A DNA stretch of 64,000 bases from Lysobacterales bacterium (GCA_022844165.1 JALHMH010000020.1:1-64000); one strand, 5' to 3'; positions 38,301 to 49,871 are shown, counted from the first letter of the stretch. Notes: a model not told the origin generated them from the sequence alone. Program-made: numbers and translations.

Positions 38301-38525
38301 ACCAGTCGAACCATAACGCCCTTGTGCGTCGGTGATGATCGTGCGACGCGTGCCGGATGGCACGTGCAAAATGTCGACGGTTGCGCCGGCAATCGGACGC
38401 CCCTCGGCATCGGTAACGCGACCACTGAGTGCGGATGAGGTGTTTTGTGCGAATGCGATGTGCGAGGCCGAAAGGCCCAACAACACACCCAGGACCAACG
38501 CTTTGATCTGCGGCTTTCTTTTCAT
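35310..38525 (-). CDS. Oar-like TonB-dependent outer membrane receptor
   Basis: Signal peptide, carboxypeptidase-like N-domain (GLRVGGPF), INAVTKSGTN, QPRFGFNY, C-terminal GFRYRF. Confidence 0.93.
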   Translation of the reverse strand: MKRKPQIKALVLGVLLGLSASHIAFAQNTSSALSGRVTDAEGRPIAGATVDILHVPSGTRRTIITDAQGRYGSTGLRVGGPFRVTVTADGFQGEATDNLTLALGETASLIVDLEPETVEMTAVEVVASAQSDIFSSERMGASTDISRETINALPSIRRDLQDYARLDPRISQTDKERGEISALGQNSRYNSVTIDSVSTNDTFGLESNNLPTIRQPISIDAIESVQLNIANFDITQRGYTGANINAVTKSGTNEFTGSVYGTYRDSDWVRETDDRGVKFAGFDNERTYGATLGGPILEDRLFFFVNYDKSELKSPAPDLSAGPFNRATNGISAAQLQEVIDIARNVYRLNPGDLNPSDIDTEVETLLARFDWNISDQHRAAFRFSRTEQAEAILPGFGNNFFSLSSYWYTQEKEFDNYVVELFSDWTDSFSTEFRASYRDYFSTPRTFANQPQIQVDFGTANFRFGTEQFRHQNVLETQTFNGFGAGNIFVGDHTFKFGFDYEANDIYNLFLESNFGQYRFSDTRVNNQVTATATQNFRNGIYSEYVYRAATGGAPETAAADFELTNVGWFVQDTWNVNLNLTLMYGFRIDTPGTDERPPFNQAALSAFGIRNDQTIDGNDVIQPRFGFNYTFDTERPTQLRGGVGLFQGAAANVWLSNPYTNNGLTISVFGCSVPGLANCPTTRPGFSPDPNNQPRFGTPAADVDIVSDDLNQPSVWKGNLAVEHELPWWGLVGSAEVILTEVEDAVFYEHLNLGTPTRLGLDGRNLYWATFDPARYGTNGVFGGTARSRRNTAFREVLLARNTNKGRGENFTVSLTKPMTEESNIFAQVAYAYTDAEEVNGLTSSRAISNWASRSIFNPNEEVASRSPYVNKDRFTATMSYRHFFFDNYKTEFAMFYEGREGKPYSFTFNNDMNGDGLAGNDLMYLPTAAQVTFTDPAERAVYDQLVQSLGLSGFIGQTVPRNEFFAPWVHNFDIRISQELPGFFADNKAEIWFDILNVGNLINKDWGVIDEVGFQGNGGQARSFVNFAGINASGQYVYDVLATPEDFLRRDRTGESRWAVQMGFRYRF

Positions 38526-38695
38526 GATGACGGATGCCTGACTTTGACGTACGGGTTGACTCACTCCCATGACTTCGCACACGAGGCGTGCCGAACAAGT
38601 GTCGGGGAGGAATTAAGGGGAGTTTAACAGCGGCAGATGACGGTTTGGTAACAAGCCCCTTGACTGTCATTCAGCCAGAAGTCCTGGATTGACGG

Positions 38696-39172
38696 TCAAA
38701 ACAGCCCGGACGTCAGACCGAACGCGAGGGTTGCGCCCAATTCTTCACAGTTCTGACGATTCAGCTCGATCTGATCGCTGGGCACGATTGAAGCTTCTTG
38801 TACTTTCTTGAGCCCAAGTCCTCGGGCAATACGCTCGATCCCTTGAACCGCACCCTGGCCGTCCTGTCCCGCGACGACGACGCAGGCATAGGGTCTTCCG
38901 GCAAGCCGATCGCCGATCGGGTAATACGCGCGTTCGAACAGGTCTTTGAGCATCCCGCTCATGCCACCAAAACACTCCGGTGTTGCGAACAAATAGCCGT
39001 GAGCCGCCAGCAGGTCATCTACGCTTGTTGCGGCGGCGCGTTGGCAATGAACCTCGATTTCCAAACACGTTTGCGCACCTGCCATCGCGGCGGAGGCCAG
39101 CGCTTCCGTGCGCCAGCCATGACTGTGATAGACAATCAACAATCGCGATTGCATCACACTGCCGATCGCCAC
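38696..39172 (-). CDS. Flavodoxin-family / NAD(P)H-dependent oxidoreductase
   Basis: LLIVYHSHGWRT, ATPECFGGMSGMLKDLFER. Confidence 0.85.
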   Translation of the reverse strand: MAIGSVMQSRLLIVYHSHGWRTEALASAAMAGAQTCLEIEVHCQRAAATSVDDLLAAHGYLFATPECFGGMSGMLKDLFERAYYPIGDRLAGRPYACVVVAGQDGQGAVQGIERIARGLGLKKVQEASIVPSDQIELNRQNCEELGATLAFGLTSGLF

Positions 39173-39175
39173 GCC

Positions 39176-41659
39176 TCAGTGACGCACGAGACCCGTCGCA
39201 CTTTCGCCCGCCGGCGCCTGTTCAGCTGTTGGCGATTCCACGGGCCTCGGCTGAGGTTGTCCGGCGAGTGCGATCTCCAAGACCTCATCGATCCACTTGA
39301 CGGGACGTATGTCCAGATCGCCCGTGACGTTGGCGGGGATATCGGCCAGGTCCTTTCGATTATCGTCTGGGATCAGAACCGTCTTGATGCCGCCGCGATG
39401 GGCCGCCAACAGCTTTTCTTTTAGTCCGCCGATCGGCAAGACGCGGCCCCGCAACGTGATCTCCCCAGTCATCGCCACCGAGGACTTAACCGGAATCTTG
39501 GTGAGCGCCGACACCAGGGCCGTGCACATGCCGATACCAGCGCTTGGCCCGTCTTTGGGCGTAGCGCCTTCCGGTACATGCACATGGATATCCAGTTTCT
39601 GGTGGAACTCTGGGTCGATACCCAGACTCACCGAGCGTGCTCGCACGACCGAAAGTGCCGCTTGCACGGACTCCTGCATGACTTCCCCGAGCTTGCCGGT
39701 TTGAGTCAACTTACCTTTGCCCGGAACAATTGCAGCCTCAATGCTCAGAATTTCGCCGCCGACCTCAGTCCAGGCAAGACCGGTGACCAGGCCTACTTCG
39801 TCCTTTTCTTCGGCAAGGCCGTACTGAAAACGACGCACGCCAAGGAATTTATCAAGATTTTTGCTTTGCACCAGCACCGTTTTCGCGGCCTTTTCGCTCT
39901 TCTGTGCCTTATCGACCTTCGCTTTCGACAGACGTACTTTGCGCGACTTGCCCTCTTTGAGCGACAGCTCTTTGACGGCTTTCCGGCAAATTTTGCTGAT
40001 TTCGCGTTCGAGGTTTCTGACGCCAGCCTCGCGTGTGTAGTAACGGATGATGTCGATGATCGCCTCGTCAGCGACCTGGATCTCGTTGGGCTTCAGACCA
40101 TTGGCCTTCACCTGCTTGCCCAGCAGATATCGCTTGGCAATCGCCAGCTTTTCGTCTTCGGTATAGCCGGGGATACGAATAACCTCCATGCGATCCAGCA
40201 ACGGCCCCGGAATGTTCAATGAGTTGGCGGTCCCGATGAACATGACCTCCGACAGATCGAGATCGACTTCTAGATAGTGATCGTTAAAGGTGTGATTCTG
40301 CTCGGGATCCAGGACTTCGAGCAAAGCCGAGGACGGATCGCCGCGAAAATCCATCGACATTTTGTCGAGCTCATCCAGCATGAACAGCGGATTCTTGCTC
40401 TTAACCTTGCTCAGGTTCTGAACGATGCGGCCCGGCAAGGACCCGATGTAGGTCCTGCGATGGCCGCGAATTTCGGCCTCGTCGCGCACGCCACCTAAGG
40501 AAATACGCGCAAACTTTCGTCCCGTTGCGCGTGCGATGGATTGACCAAGCGACGTTTTGCCAACGCCTGGTGGGCCAACCAGACACAGGATGGGCCCTTT
40601 CATGCGTTTGACGCGTTGTTGAACCGCCAGATACTCGAGAATGCGTTCTTTGACCTTTTCCAGACCAAAGTGGTCTTCGTCGAGCACCTTTTCCGCCTCG
40701 GCGAGGTTCTTTCGGATGCGCGTTCTCGCGCTCCAGGGCACATTGGCCAACCAGTCGATGTAGTTGCGAACGACGGTAGCCTCAGCGGCCATCGGCGACA
40801 TCATCTTGAGTTTGTTCAACTCGGCGCGTGCTTTGGCCGCCACGGGTTTGGGCATCCCGGCCTTTTCGATGCGCCGCGCCAATTCGTCCATCTCGGATGG
40901 CGCTTCGTCCAAATCGCCGAGTTCCTTCTGAATGGCCTTCATCTGCTCATTCAAGTAGTACTCGCGCTGGCTCTTCTCCATCTGCGTCTTGACGCGACCT
41001 CGGATGCGTTTCTCGATCTGCAGGACGTCAATTTCGGCGTCAACAGCAGCGATCAGCATTTCCAGGCGTTGACCAACTCCCGCGGTTTCCAGCAGCGACT
41101 GCTTATCGCCCATTTTGATCGACAAATGCGCGGCGATGGTATCGGCGAGGCGCGAGGGGTCATCGATTGCGTTCAACGTTGCCAAAAGCTCAGGCGGAAT
41201 CTTGCGGTTGAGCTTGACCAACTGCTCGAACTGACTCAACAAAGTCCGCGCTACCACCTCCACTTCACGTGGCTCGCGATCCATCTCCGACTCAACGACA
41301 ACGGGAACCGCGCGATAAATGCCCTGGGATTCACCGACGCCGGTTATCATGACGCGGCGCAAGCCCTCCACCAGCAACTTCACTGTGCCGTCTGGAAGCT
41401 TCAGCAACTGCAGAATCGTGGCATGCGTACCCATCTCATACAAATCGGCCGGCGCCGGATCGTCGACTTCCGGGAGTCGCTGCGACACCAGCAGAATCTG
41501 CTTGTCGGCGTCCATCGCAAATTCCAAAGCACGCATCGAACGCTCGCGGCCTACAAACAGCGGAATGACCATGTGTGGATACACCACGACATCTCGCAGC
41601 GGGAGTATCGGCAGGCTGCGTTCATGGCGGCCAAAATCGAGTCGGGAGCTGGCGGGCAT
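39176..41659 (-). CDS. lon: Lon protease
   Basis: [38 protein letters not shown]. Confidence 0.98.
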   Translation of the reverse strand: MPASSRLDFGRHERSLPILPLRDVVVYPHMVIPLFVGRERSMRALEFAMDADKQILLVSQRLPEVDDPAPADLYEMGTHATILQLLKLPDGTVKLLVEGLRRVMITGVGESQGIYRAVPVVVESEMDREPREVEVVARTLLSQFEQLVKLNRKIPPELLATLNAIDDPSRLADTIAAHLSIKMGDKQSLLETAGVGQRLEMLIAAVDAEIDVLQIEKRIRGRVKTQMEKSQREYYLNEQMKAIQKELGDLDEAPSEMDELARRIEKAGMPKPVAAKARAELNKLKMMSPMAAEATVVRNYIDWLANVPWSARTRIRKNLAEAEKVLDEDHFGLEKVKERILEYLAVQQRVKRMKGPILCLVGPPGVGKTSLGQSIARATGRKFARISLGGVRDEAEIRGHRRTYIGSLPGRIVQNLSKVKSKNPLFMLDELDKMSMDFRGDPSSALLEVLDPEQNHTFNDHYLEVDLDLSEVMFIGTANSLNIPGPLLDRMEVIRIPGYTEDEKLAIAKRYLLGKQVKANGLKPNEIQVADEAIIDIIRYYTREAGVRNLEREISKICRKAVKELSLKEGKSRKVRLSKAKVDKAQKSEKAAKTVLVQSKNLDKFLGVRRFQYGLAEEKDEVGLVTGLAWTEVGGEILSIEAAIVPGKGKLTQTGKLGEVMQESVQAALSVVRARSVSLGIDPEFHQKLDIHVHVPEGATPKDGPSAGIGMCTALVSALTKIPVKSSVAMTGEITLRGRVLPIGGLKEKLLAAHRGGIKTVLIPDDNRKDLADIPANVTGDLDIRPVKWIDEVLEIALAGQPQPRPVESPTAEQAPAGESATGLVRH

Positions 41660-41690
41660 ATTTTTTCTGATCTTGAAGGTTACCGCGGTG

Positions 41691-41719
41691 AAATGCGGCA
41701 CGATAGGAAAGAAGTCAAG
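41691..41719 (-). promoter_or_regulatory. Putative sigma32 promoter of lon
   Basis: Minus strand CTTGAC-15 nt-CCGCATTT versus consensus CTTGAA-N13-17-CCCCATNT. Confidence 0.6.
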
Positions 41720-41818
41720 GGATGCAAGGCTCGCTGTCAGTGAGCAGGGCAGCGGCCAGGGTCACGGGTCTGGACGGCGACGCATTTGCCCCGACGGCGC
41801 TCGCTTTCGCAAATGGAA

Positions 41819-43093
41819 CTATTGTCCTGACGCCAATGCCTGTTGCACTGCACCGCCGTCATAGATCAGATAAGGCTCGGCGTTGCCATTAATGACGGCT
41901 TCGTCAACGACGATCTTGCTGACCGACTGCATCGACGGCAAATCGTACATCGTATCGAGCAAAACCTGCTCGACGATCGTACGCAGGCCGCGCGCGCCGG
42001 TTTTTCGATCAAGCGCTTTGCGTGAAATTGCGCCTAGCGCATCGGGACGAAATTCGAGATCGACCCCTTCCATCTCGAACAAACGCTTGAACTGTTTCAC
42101 CAGCGCGTTCTTGGGTTCCGACAGAATGCGCACCAAAGCCGCCTCGTCAAGTTCTTCGAGCGTCGCCACAACCGGCAGACGACCGACGAATTCCGGAATC
42201 AAACCGTAGCGAATCAGGTCCTCAGGCTCGACATCCTGAAGTACCTGCCCGACGTTGCGTTTGCTGGAGGTGGAGCGCACATCCGCCGAAAAGCCGATGC
42301 CGGTATGCGTCGACCGCGCCTGGATCACTTTTTCCAATCCGGCGAAGGCACCGCCGCAAATGAACAGGATGTTTTTCGTATCCACCTGCAGAAACTCCTG
42401 CTGGGGATGTTTGCGTCCGCCTTGCGGTGGCACCGATGCGACCGTGCCTTCGATCAACTTCAGCAGCGCCTGCTGCACGCCTTCGCCGGAGACATCGCGG
42501 GTAATCGAAGGGTTTTCGCTCTTGCGCGAAATCTTATCGATCTCATCGATATAGACGATGCCCGTCTGTGCCTTTTCGACATCGTAATCGCACTTCTGAA
42601 GCAACTTCTGAATGATGTTCTCGACGTCTTCGCCGACATAGCCCGCTTCGGTCAACGTCGTTGCATCGGCAATGGTGAACGGCACATTCAGCAGGCGCGC
42701 CAACGTCTCCGCGAGCAAGGTTTTGCCCGAACCGGTAGGTCCGATCAGCAGGATATTCGATTTAGCCAGCTCCACTTCGTCGCCGCGCTGGCGCGATTCC
42801 AATCGCTTGTAATGATTGTGCACCGCTACCGAGAGAATTTTTTTGGCTCGCTGCTGGCCGATCACGTATTGATCGAGCACCTCAAGAATCTCGCGTGGCT
42901 TCGGCAGGCTGGATCGCCCCGCTTGAGCTTTGTCTTCGAGTTCCTCGCGGATGATGTCGTTGCACAGCTCAACGCACTCATCGCAGATAAAGACACTGGG
43001 GCCTGCGATCAGCTTGCGCACCTCATGCTGGCTCTTTCCGCAAAACGAGCAATACAGCACTTTTCCGCCATCACCACGTCGATCATCCGACAT
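41819..43093 (-). CDS. clpX: ATP-dependent Clp protease ATP-binding subunit
   Basis: CSFCGK zinc finger, [22 protein letters not shown] loop. Confidence 0.98.
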   Translation of the reverse strand: MSDDRRGDGGKVLYCSFCGKSQHEVRKLIAGPSVFICDECVELCNDIIREELEDKAQAGRSSLPKPREILEVLDQYVIGQQRAKKILSVAVHNHYKRLESRQRGDEVELAKSNILLIGPTGSGKTLLAETLARLLNVPFTIADATTLTEAGYVGEDVENIIQKLLQKCDYDVEKAQTGIVYIDEIDKISRKSENPSITRDVSGEGVQQALLKLIEGTVASVPPQGGRKHPQQEFLQVDTKNILFICGGAFAGLEKVIQARSTHTGIGFSADVRSTSSKRNVGQVLQDVEPEDLIRYGLIPEFVGRLPVVATLEELDEAALVRILSEPKNALVKQFKRLFEMEGVDLEFRPDALGAISRKALDRKTGARGLRTIVEQVLLDTMYDLPSMQSVSKIVVDEAVINGNAEPYLIYDGGAVQQALASGQ

Positions 43094-43224
43094 TCGCACG
43101 AACTCATTCTTCGCCCATTTACAGGGCAGACGATTTGAGAATAGCAGGGTTTTCAGATGACGTTGCCTAACGCCACAGGTGTTCACAAACCCAGTCGTTT
43201 GCTGCCGGATTCTGCAACCGGACT

Positions 43225-43860
43225 TCAAAAGGCGAAGCGCTGCATTGATTTGCTGTAAGCGACGCCGTTGAGGTCAAACGTCAACACGCCGCTCTCTCGA
43301 TCGGCGAATATCAATGAGAACGTGCCGACTTGAGCCGTGGCGACTGACGCTGGATCAAACCCCATCGGCGGGAACCCGCTGGCCGTGGACCTCAGCAAAG
43401 TCCCACGCATCTCCAGCGGACTGACCCAGTTCACGCCTGTCATCAGCAGCCACAGCGGCTTGCGATCCGCGTCATAAATGTATAGCGTGCCGGCGACGCG
43501 CGCGTTCGGCCGATGCGTAAGATGCATTCCCCAACCCGCTTCGGCTGGCATCCACCACAAATCGGTGAAGTCGATTCCTGGTGCCCAAAGATATTGCAGC
43601 GGCGATCGCAAGTACGCCTCGACGTCCAGGATCTGCGGCTCAGGCAGATTGACCTTGACCATCGCAGGTATGTTGGCCAGTGCGCCGCGAATTCTGTCCG
43701 CGCTGAATCCGGTGATATTCGGCGTACCGTTTTGACGCTCCTGTGGCGGGCTGCCATGGCAGCGCGCGCAGGTTTGTTCGTACCAGAACTTACCGGCAAC
43801 CGGATCTGCCGCATGGGCTGCTGCGGCAAGAAGAAGAATCAAGGACAGGATCAGACGCAT
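43225..43860 (-). CDS. Secreted c-type cytochrome with extra C-terminal domain
   Basis: Signal peptide, CARCH heme motif, distal Met (IPAM), then FTDLWW...EAGWG beta domain. Confidence 0.8.
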   Translation of the reverse strand: MRLILSLILLLAAAAHAADPVAGKFWYEQTCARCHGSPPQERQNGTPNITGFSADRIRGALANIPAMVKVNLPEPQILDVEAYLRSPLQYLWAPGIDFTDLWWMPAEAGWGMHLTHRPNARVAGTLYIYDADRKPLWLLMTGVNWVSPLEMRGTLLRSTASGFPPMGFDPASVATAQVGTFSLIFADRESGVLTFDLNGVAYSKSMQRFAF

Positions 43861-43983
43861 GCCAACCTCCAACTGGACGCTGGACAATCATCACGCGGTC
43901 GCGTTGCAATCCAATGACTGCGCTCAGAGCGGGCTTTGTCAGGGGCGCCTATACTCGTCGGCCCTTTTGTGAATCGCCAGCCA

Positions 43984-45312
43984 ATGATCGCCACTGCACC
44001 CAAAGTTGGCTTTGTCAGTTTGGGATGCCCCAAAGCGCTTGTCGACTCCGAGCGGATCCTCACGCAATTGCGCACAGAGGGTTACCAGATCGTTCCGACC
44101 TACGACGCGGCAGATGTCGTCGTAGTGAATACCTGCGGATTCATCGAATCGGCGGTCGAGGAGTCGCTCGAAGCCATCGGCGAGGCCATGGCGGAGAACG
44201 GCAAGGTGGTGGTCACCGGCTGTTTAGGCGCGCGGGCGGAATTGATCCGGGCGCGGTTCCCACAGGTCTTGAGCGTGTCTGGCCCACAGGACTACGAGTC
44301 GGTCATGACTGCGGTGCACGCGCAACGCCCACCTCCGCACGATCCGTTTCTCGACCTGGTGCCTCCGCAAGGCATCAAATTGACACCACGCCACTATGCC
44401 TACTTGAAAATCTCAGAAGGCTGCAATCATCGCTGCAGCTTTTGCATCATTCCCTCGATGCGTGGAGATCTGGTCAGCCGGCCGATCGATGCGGTGTTGA
44501 CCGAAGCGGAGCGACTGGTCAAAGGCGGCGTGCGTGAACTACTGGTGATTTCGCAAGACACCAGCGCCTATGGTGTCGACCTGAAATACGCGGACCGCAC
44601 CTGGCGCAGTCGCCAATGGCAGACCCGTTTTGTTGATTTGGCAAGCGCGCTCGGAGAGCTCGGCGTGTGGGTTCGGATGCACTACGTTTATCCCTACCCG
44701 CACGTCGATCAGATCATCCCATTGATGGCGGCGGGCAAGATCCTGCCATATCTGGACATACCATTTCAGCACTCGCATCCGCAGGTCCTGAAGCGCATGA
44801 AACGGCCAGCGAGCGGGGAACGCAACATCGAGCGTATCCGAGCCTGGCGCAGTATTTGCCCAGAGATCACGCTACGTAGCACGTTCATTGTTGGTTTTCC
44901 TGGCGAGACCGAAGCGGAGTTCCAGGACCTGTTGGCGTTCTTGGAAGAAGCCCAGTTGGACCGCGTCGGTGCGTTCGCCTATTCGCCGGTGGCTGGCGCT
45001 GCGGCAAACGCGCTTGAAGGCGCGGTGCCGGAAGACGTCAAACAGGAACGTCTCGAACGTTTTATGGCAGTTCAAGCCGACATCAGTGCACGTCGACTGC
45101 AAGCACGCATTGGCACAACCGAAACGATTCTGATCGACGAAGTTGGACCTGGTGTCGCGACTGGCCGTTCGCGCAAAGAAGCCCCCGACATCGACGGCAA
45201 GGTTTTGATCAAACTGCGCAAATCCGACCCGCGTCCTGCACCCGGCATGTTCATCGACGTGGCGATCAAAAAGGCTGATGAGCACGACCTGCATGCCGCC
45301 ATCGCCATTTGA
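43984..45312 (+). CDS. rimO: Ribosomal protein S12 methylthiotransferase
   Basis: [26 protein letters not shown] domain. Confidence 0.97.
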   Translation: MIATAPKVGFVSLGCPKALVDSERILTQLRTEGYQIVPTYDAADVVVVNTCGFIESAVEESLEAIGEAMAENGKVVVTGCLGARAELIRARFPQVLSVSGPQDYESVMTAVHAQRPPPHDPFLDLVPPQGIKLTPRHYAYLKISEGCNHRCSFCIIPSMRGDLVSRPIDAVLTEAERLVKGGVRELLVISQDTSAYGVDLKYADRTWRSRQWQTRFVDLASALGELGVWVRMHYVYPYPHVDQIIPLMAAGKILPYLDIPFQHSHPQVLKRMKRPASGERNIERIRAWRSICPEITLRSTFIVGFPGETEAEFQDLLAFLEEAQLDRVGAFAYSPVAGAAANALEGAVPEDVKQERLERFMAVQADISARRLQARIGTTETILIDEVGPGVATGRSRKEAPDIDGKVLIKLRKSDPRPAPGMFIDVAIKKADEHDLHAAIAI

Positions 45313-46201
45313 TCAGCTTTCGGTTGCAAGTGTGCCAGGTAAGCTCACAGGAACAGTGCCAACCGACCCGCCAGTGGCCACGCAAGGGCCATTGACCGAT
45401 GAGATTTTTGCCACGCCGCCCTTTGCGCAACTCGCGGCCTATCGCGAGCTACTGGCGTTGAGCGACGCCGATTTTCTGCGCGCGATCAATTCACAGGTCG
45501 ATTCGCCATCCTTTGTTTGCGCAACCACAATCGACGACGGGATGCACTACGAGGCGCGTGTGGCCCAAGGTCTGGTCAGCACCCGTCCGAACAGTTGGCA
45601 TGACCGTTTTGGGGCGCTTGCCTGGCTGGAGTTTCCGCACAGCAAGCGCGCATTGAACGCCCTGCAAATGGCGGGGCTGGTGCGAGTCGGCCCGAAAGAA
45701 AGAACCCGCCATCAACAGGCGCTGACGCATGTTGATGAAGCAGGATTGATCGTAGCCTGCGCCGATGCCGGCTGGTTAGATGCCATGCTCGAGCACCGCT
45801 GGACCGAATTGCTGACCTCACGACGCAAACAACTTAACAAGGACGTCGAAGTGTGGGTCCTCGGCCATGCATTGTTTGAGCTCAAGCTGACGCGGACGGA
45901 TGAACTGTTGGCAGGCAAGGTTCTGCCGGTGATGGTGGAGCCCGGTTTTTATGCCGACTCCCCGGAGTCTCGCCGCGAGCAGTTGGACCGGCGCATCGCG
46001 GCTGCTCTGCTCGCCGGAGAACTCGCCGCTGACCCAAAGGACCTGCCGACGCTGCCTCTGGCGGCGCTCGCCGGGTGGCACCCAAGAAACGCCGACCCGG
46101 CATTCATCGCGAGTGCGCCGTGCTTTCGCCCCAAACCTGCCGGGCGGATCTACGCTCCGCCCGTTGAGCTGTGCTTGCCAAATCAGCCGAACATCAGCTG
46201 A
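45278..46201 (+). CDS. DUF3025-like protein (start uncertain)
   Basis: HYEARV...[33 protein letters not shown]. Confidence 0.8.
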   Translation: MSTTCMPPSPFDQLSVASVPGKLTGTVPTDPPVATQGPLTDEIFATPPFAQLAAYRELLALSDADFLRAINSQVDSPSFVCATTIDDGMHYEARVAQGLVSTRPNSWHDRFGALAWLEFPHSKRALNALQMAGLVRVGPKERTRHQQALTHVDEAGLIVACADAGWLDAMLEHRWTELLTSRRKQLNKDVEVWVLGHALFELKLTRTDELLAGKVLPVMVEPGFYADSPESRREQLDRRIAAALLAGELAADPKDLPTLPLAALAGWHPRNADPAFIASAPCFRPKPAGRIYAPPVELCLPNQPNIS

Positions 46202-48060
46202 TTCAAGCGCCGCACGAAACCGCTCGGATCCTCGAGCTGGCCACCTTCGCTGAGTACGGCTTGTTCGTACACCAGCGTTGCCAAATCAGCGAATCGATCT
46301 GCATCGGCTTCGCCCTGGAGACGCGCCGTTAACGGATGCGTCGGGTTCAATTCCAGATTCGGCGCGCCACTGCCGGCGCCCTGCCCGGCTTGCTTCAGCA
46401 ATCGCTGCGTATGGAGCGACAGTTCGTGTTTGTCAACGACCAGCACTGCAGCAGAATCGCGCAATCGACTCGAGCCCCTGACCGACTTCACCCGTTCTCC
46501 AAGCGCCCCCTTGATACGGTCAGCAAGTCCATCCGGCAATTCTGCAACGGCAGGTCTGGTCGCGCCGGGAAGGTCCTCGATCGTCGACAGGTCAACATCG
46601 CCCTTGGCAACCGAGACGAAAGGCTTGCCGTCGAACTCATGCACGTACGACAGCGCCCACTCGTCGATGCGATCGGACGCCAACAGCACTTCAACCCCCT
46701 TGCCAGCGAACTGTTCCAGGTGTGGCGAGTGGCGAGCCGCCAGGTGGCTCTCGGCGGTGATGTAATAAATCGCCGTCTGATTGGGTCGGACACGCGCCAA
46801 ATAGTCGCTCAGCGACACCGTGGGCGTTGCGCCTTCAGTACTCGTCGACGCGAAACGCAGCAGTTTCGCGATGCGCTCCCGATTGGCAAAGTCCTCGGTG
46901 AGGCCTTCTTTGAGCACCTGTCCGTATTCGCCATAAAAGGCGGCATATTTCTCGGTGTCGTCTTGTGCGAGTTTCTCCAGCATATCCAGCGTTCGCTTGA
47001 TGACTGCCGATCGAATCTGCTGCGTCAGCTTGTGGTCTTGCAAAAGCTCACGCGAAACGTTCAACGGCAAATCGTCGGAATCGACGACGCCACGAATAAA
47101 GCGCAAGTACGAAGGCAACAACTGCTCCGCAGCATCCATGATGAAGACGCGCTTCACATACAACTTCAGCCCGTGGCGCTCGTCACGCTGCGCGCCGAAC
47201 AAATCGAACGGCGCCTTGGCGGGCACATAGAGCAGAGTGACATAACTCTGACTGCCCTCAACTTTGTTATGGGTATACGCCAGCGCTTCGCCGTCGCCAT
47301 GGGTCAGGTGTTTGTAAAAGCTCTGATAGTCCTCGTCCTTGATTTCGGACTTCGGTCGCACCCACAGTGCCGACGCTTGATTGACGGTCTCGAACTCGGC
47401 GGTTTTTTCTTCCTCACCGCTGTGCTGACCTTTCATTCGAATCGGAAAGGCAATATGTTCGGAGAATTTGTTGATCAGCGAGCGCAAACGCCAACCGGCC
47501 GTGAACTCTGACTCTTCCTCTTTCAGGTACAACACAATCTCAGTACCGCGCGGCGCGTGTTCTGTGCGATCGACGCGATATTCGCCCTTGCCATCCGACT
47601 CCCATACCACGCCCTCCGATGCCGCCCCACCTGCACGGCGAGTGGTCAACATCACTTTATCGGCGACAATAAACGCCGAATAAAAGCCAACGCCGAACTG
47701 ACCAATCAACTGCGCATCTTTGCGCGCGTCGCCGGACAGGCTCTCCAGGAACTTACGTGTGCCCGAGCGCGCAATGGTGCCGATGTTCTCTACGACTTCA
47801 TCGAACGCCATGCCGACGCCGTTATCGCGAATCGTCAACGTCCTGGCCTTTTCGTCGCTCTCGATCTCGATCTTGAGTTCCGGATCTCCCGCCAGGAGCT
47901 CGGGCGCGGAGATCGCTTCGAACCGCAGTTTATCCAGAGCATCCGAGGCGTTGGAGATCAGTTCCCGAAGAAAGATCTCCTTATTCGAATACAACGAGTG
48001 GATGACCAGATTGAGGACTTGCTGGACTTCGGCCTGAAAAGCGCGCGTTTCTTGGGTCAT
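46183..48060 (-). CDS. htpG: Molecular chaperone HtpG (Hsp90)
   Basis: LYSNKEIFLRELISNASDA, IGQFGVGFYS, LPLNVSRE. Confidence 0.98.
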   Translation of the reverse strand: MTQETRAFQAEVQQVLNLVIHSLYSNKEIFLRELISNASDALDKLRFEAISAPELLAGDPELKIEIESDEKARTLTIRDNGVGMAFDEVVENIGTIARSGTRKFLESLSGDARKDAQLIGQFGVGFYSAFIVADKVMLTTRRAGGAASEGVVWESDGKGEYRVDRTEHAPRGTEIVLYLKEEESEFTAGWRLRSLINKFSEHIAFPIRMKGQHSGEEEKTAEFETVNQASALWVRPKSEIKDEDYQSFYKHLTHGDGEALAYTHNKVEGSQSYVTLLYVPAKAPFDLFGAQRDERHGLKLYVKRVFIMDAAEQLLPSYLRFIRGVVDSDDLPLNVSRELLQDHKLTQQIRSAVIKRTLDMLEKLAQDDTEKYAAFYGEYGQVLKEGLTEDFANRERIAKLLRFASTSTEGATPTVSLSDYLARVRPNQTAIYYITAESHLAARHSPHLEQFAGKGVEVLLASDRIDEWALSYVHEFDGKPFVSVAKGDVDLSTIEDLPGATRPAVAELPDGLADRIKGALGERVKSVRGSSRLRDSAAVLVVDKHELSLHTQRLLKQAGQGAGSGAPNLELNPTHPLTARLQGEADADRFADLATLVYEQAVLSEGGQLEDPSGFVRRLNQLMFG

Positions 48061-48089
48061 GGGCGTAAAAAGGCATTGGGAAGCCACGG

Positions 48090-48117
48090 ATTTGAGGGCA
48101 GAATGGCGAAGTTCAAG
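48090..48117 (-). promoter_or_regulatory. Putative sigma32 promoter of htpG
   Basis: Minus strand CTTGAA-14 nt-CCTCAAAT. Confidence 0.65.
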
Positions 48118-48132
48118 CGGCGGATCGCTTTC

Positions 48133-49242
48133 ATGTTGAATGCCCTTCGAGTCGCCTCGCCTCTGCATCTTGCGGCGCTGATCACCTGGCTGGCAGTGCT
48201 TGCGCAATCGCTGCGCTTTAACGGGCTCCGCAGTGGCGATCCACTGCAGCTGTTCGGTTTGCTGTCGTTGTGTGCGGTCGCGGGACTCTACTTCGGTACC
48301 ATGCACACCCAATCGGCACGCGGACGTGGGCTGATGGTGATCGGACAAGGGCTACTGGTGCTGGTTGGCACCTGGTGCTTTCGCAACGGCGGTCCAGCAA
48401 TTTTGCTGATCGTGGTTGCAAGCCAGATGGTCGCGATGTTTCAGCGTCGCAATGCGCTGGCGCTCATGATTGCTTTGAATGTCGGAATGGCACTCATCTA
48501 CTCTGTCGCCATGCCGTGGGCCAACGTGCTGCTGTTTCTGACGCCACTGATCGGCTTTCAACTGTTCGCCGCGTTGACCATGCACTACGCCGTCAGCGCT
48601 GAAGCCGCACGAGCGGAAGTCCAGCGGACGCACGCTCATTTGTTGGCAACCCAACAATTACTCGCTGAAAGTACACGCGGCGATGAGCGATTGAAGCTCT
48701 CCCGCGAACTTCACGATGTTGCCGGTCACAAATTGACGGCACTCAAACTCAATCTGCGCCTGCTGCGCCGCCAACCAGCGCTCGCGGAAAATGCCGAATT
48801 GGGCATCGCGGCGCAGCTGGCCGATGAGTTGCTCGACGACATTCGTGCCGTTGTCAGCGAGTTGCGGCGCCACGATGGCATCGACCTTCCCGCCGCAATA
48901 GAACTCCTCACACGGCAGATACCAGGACCTGGTTTTGAGGTTGACATCGACCCGGAATTGCGGATCGCTGATGTCGCCCGTGCCGAGGCGTTGTTGCGGT
49001 GCGTGCAGGAGGGAATCACCAATGCGCTGAAGCACGGCCAGCCGACCGCCATTCGTATTGGACTCAAGCATCGCGATGGACGGATTGCGCTTACTGTGGA
49101 GGACAATGGTCAATCCCGCGGCGAAGTCCGTTTCGGCAACGGGTTGAACGGCATGCGCGAACGCCTCGCCGACATTGGCGGTGTATTGGAAGTGATCGGC
49201 ACTGCGTCAGGCGTGCGTCTGCTGGCCGAGGTGCCAGCATGA
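48133..49242 (+). CDS. Membrane sensor histidine kinase (HisKA_3, DesK-like)
   Basis: Multiple TM; ERLKLSRELHDVAGH, QEGITNALKH, GNGLNGMRER. Confidence 0.93.
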   Translation: MLNALRVASPLHLAALITWLAVLAQSLRFNGLRSGDPLQLFGLLSLCAVAGLYFGTMHTQSARGRGLMVIGQGLLVLVGTWCFRNGGPAILLIVVASQMVAMFQRRNALALMIALNVGMALIYSVAMPWANVLLFLTPLIGFQLFAALTMHYAVSAEAARAEVQRTHAHLLATQQLLAESTRGDERLKLSRELHDVAGHKLTALKLNLRLLRRQPALAENAELGIAAQLADELLDDIRAVVSELRRHDGIDLPAAIELLTRQIPGPGFEVDIDPELRIADVARAEALLRCVQEGITNALKHGQPTAIRIGLKHRDGRIALTVEDNGQSRGEVRFGNGLNGMRERLADIGGVLEVIGTASGVRLLAEVPA

Positions 49243-49871
49243 TCCACATCGCCTTGCTGGACGACCAGGCCCTGGTGCTCAAAGGCCTGTCAGCGCTGTT
49301 GCGCAGTGTGCCCGGCATCGATGTCGCGCTCGAATCAACGAACGCCGAGCAGCTGCTGCACGCGTTGGAGCGTCGCGCCGTCGATGTCATTGTCAGCGAT
49401 ATTCGTATGCCTGGCATAAACGGATTCGAACTGATCACGAGCCTGCGCGAACGTGGCGATACGACACCAGTCATCTTGCTGACAACCTTCGATGACAAAG
49501 AGCTGATGTTGGCAGCTGTCGATGCCGGAGCGCAGGGGTTCTTGCTCAAGGACGCGGCACCGGAGGATTTGGCCGAAGCCATCGCCAAGGTAGCTGCAGG
49601 GGATACGCTGCTACAACCCGTGAGCCTGGGCGCAGTGCGCGCACAACGCCCTTCCGTTCGCAACGAGAGCCTGCGGAACGTCTCCCTCTCAGATCGCGAA
49701 GTCAGCATCCTGCGGCTGGTCGCCGGCGGTTATTCGAACAAAGAGATCGGCCGCAGTTTGCACCTCTCGGAAGGCACGGTGAAAAACTACATCACCGAGA
49801 TCCTGGCGAAGCTGGACTGCCGCGACCGCACGCACGCGGTCTTAAAGGCAATCACGCACCGCTTATTGTGA
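49239..49871 (+). CDS. NarL/LuxR-family response regulator
   Basis: LLDDQ, SDIRMPG, LTTFDD, LSDRE...SNKEI...EGTVKNY; ATGA-coupled to the kinase. Confidence 0.95.
   Translation: MIHIALLDDQALVLKGLSALLRSVPGIDVALESTNAEQLLHALERRAVDVIVSDIRMPGINGFELITSLRERGDTTPVILLTTFDDKELMLAAVDAGAQGFLLKDAAPEDLAEAIAKVAAGDTLLQPVSLGAVRAQRPSVRNESLRNVSLSDREVSILRLVAGGYSNKEIGRSLHLSEGTVKNYITEILAKLDCRDRTHAVLKAITHRLL

Noticed and set aside
40541-47511. Long plus-strand ORFs opposite lon, clpX and htpG
   Set aside because: Shadow ORFs of highly conserved genes with no independent motifs
47557-48348. Apparent long overlap of htpG and the histidine kinase ORFs
   Set aside because: Artefact of maximal ORF extension; plausible starts are 48060 and 48133 with a short divergent promoter region
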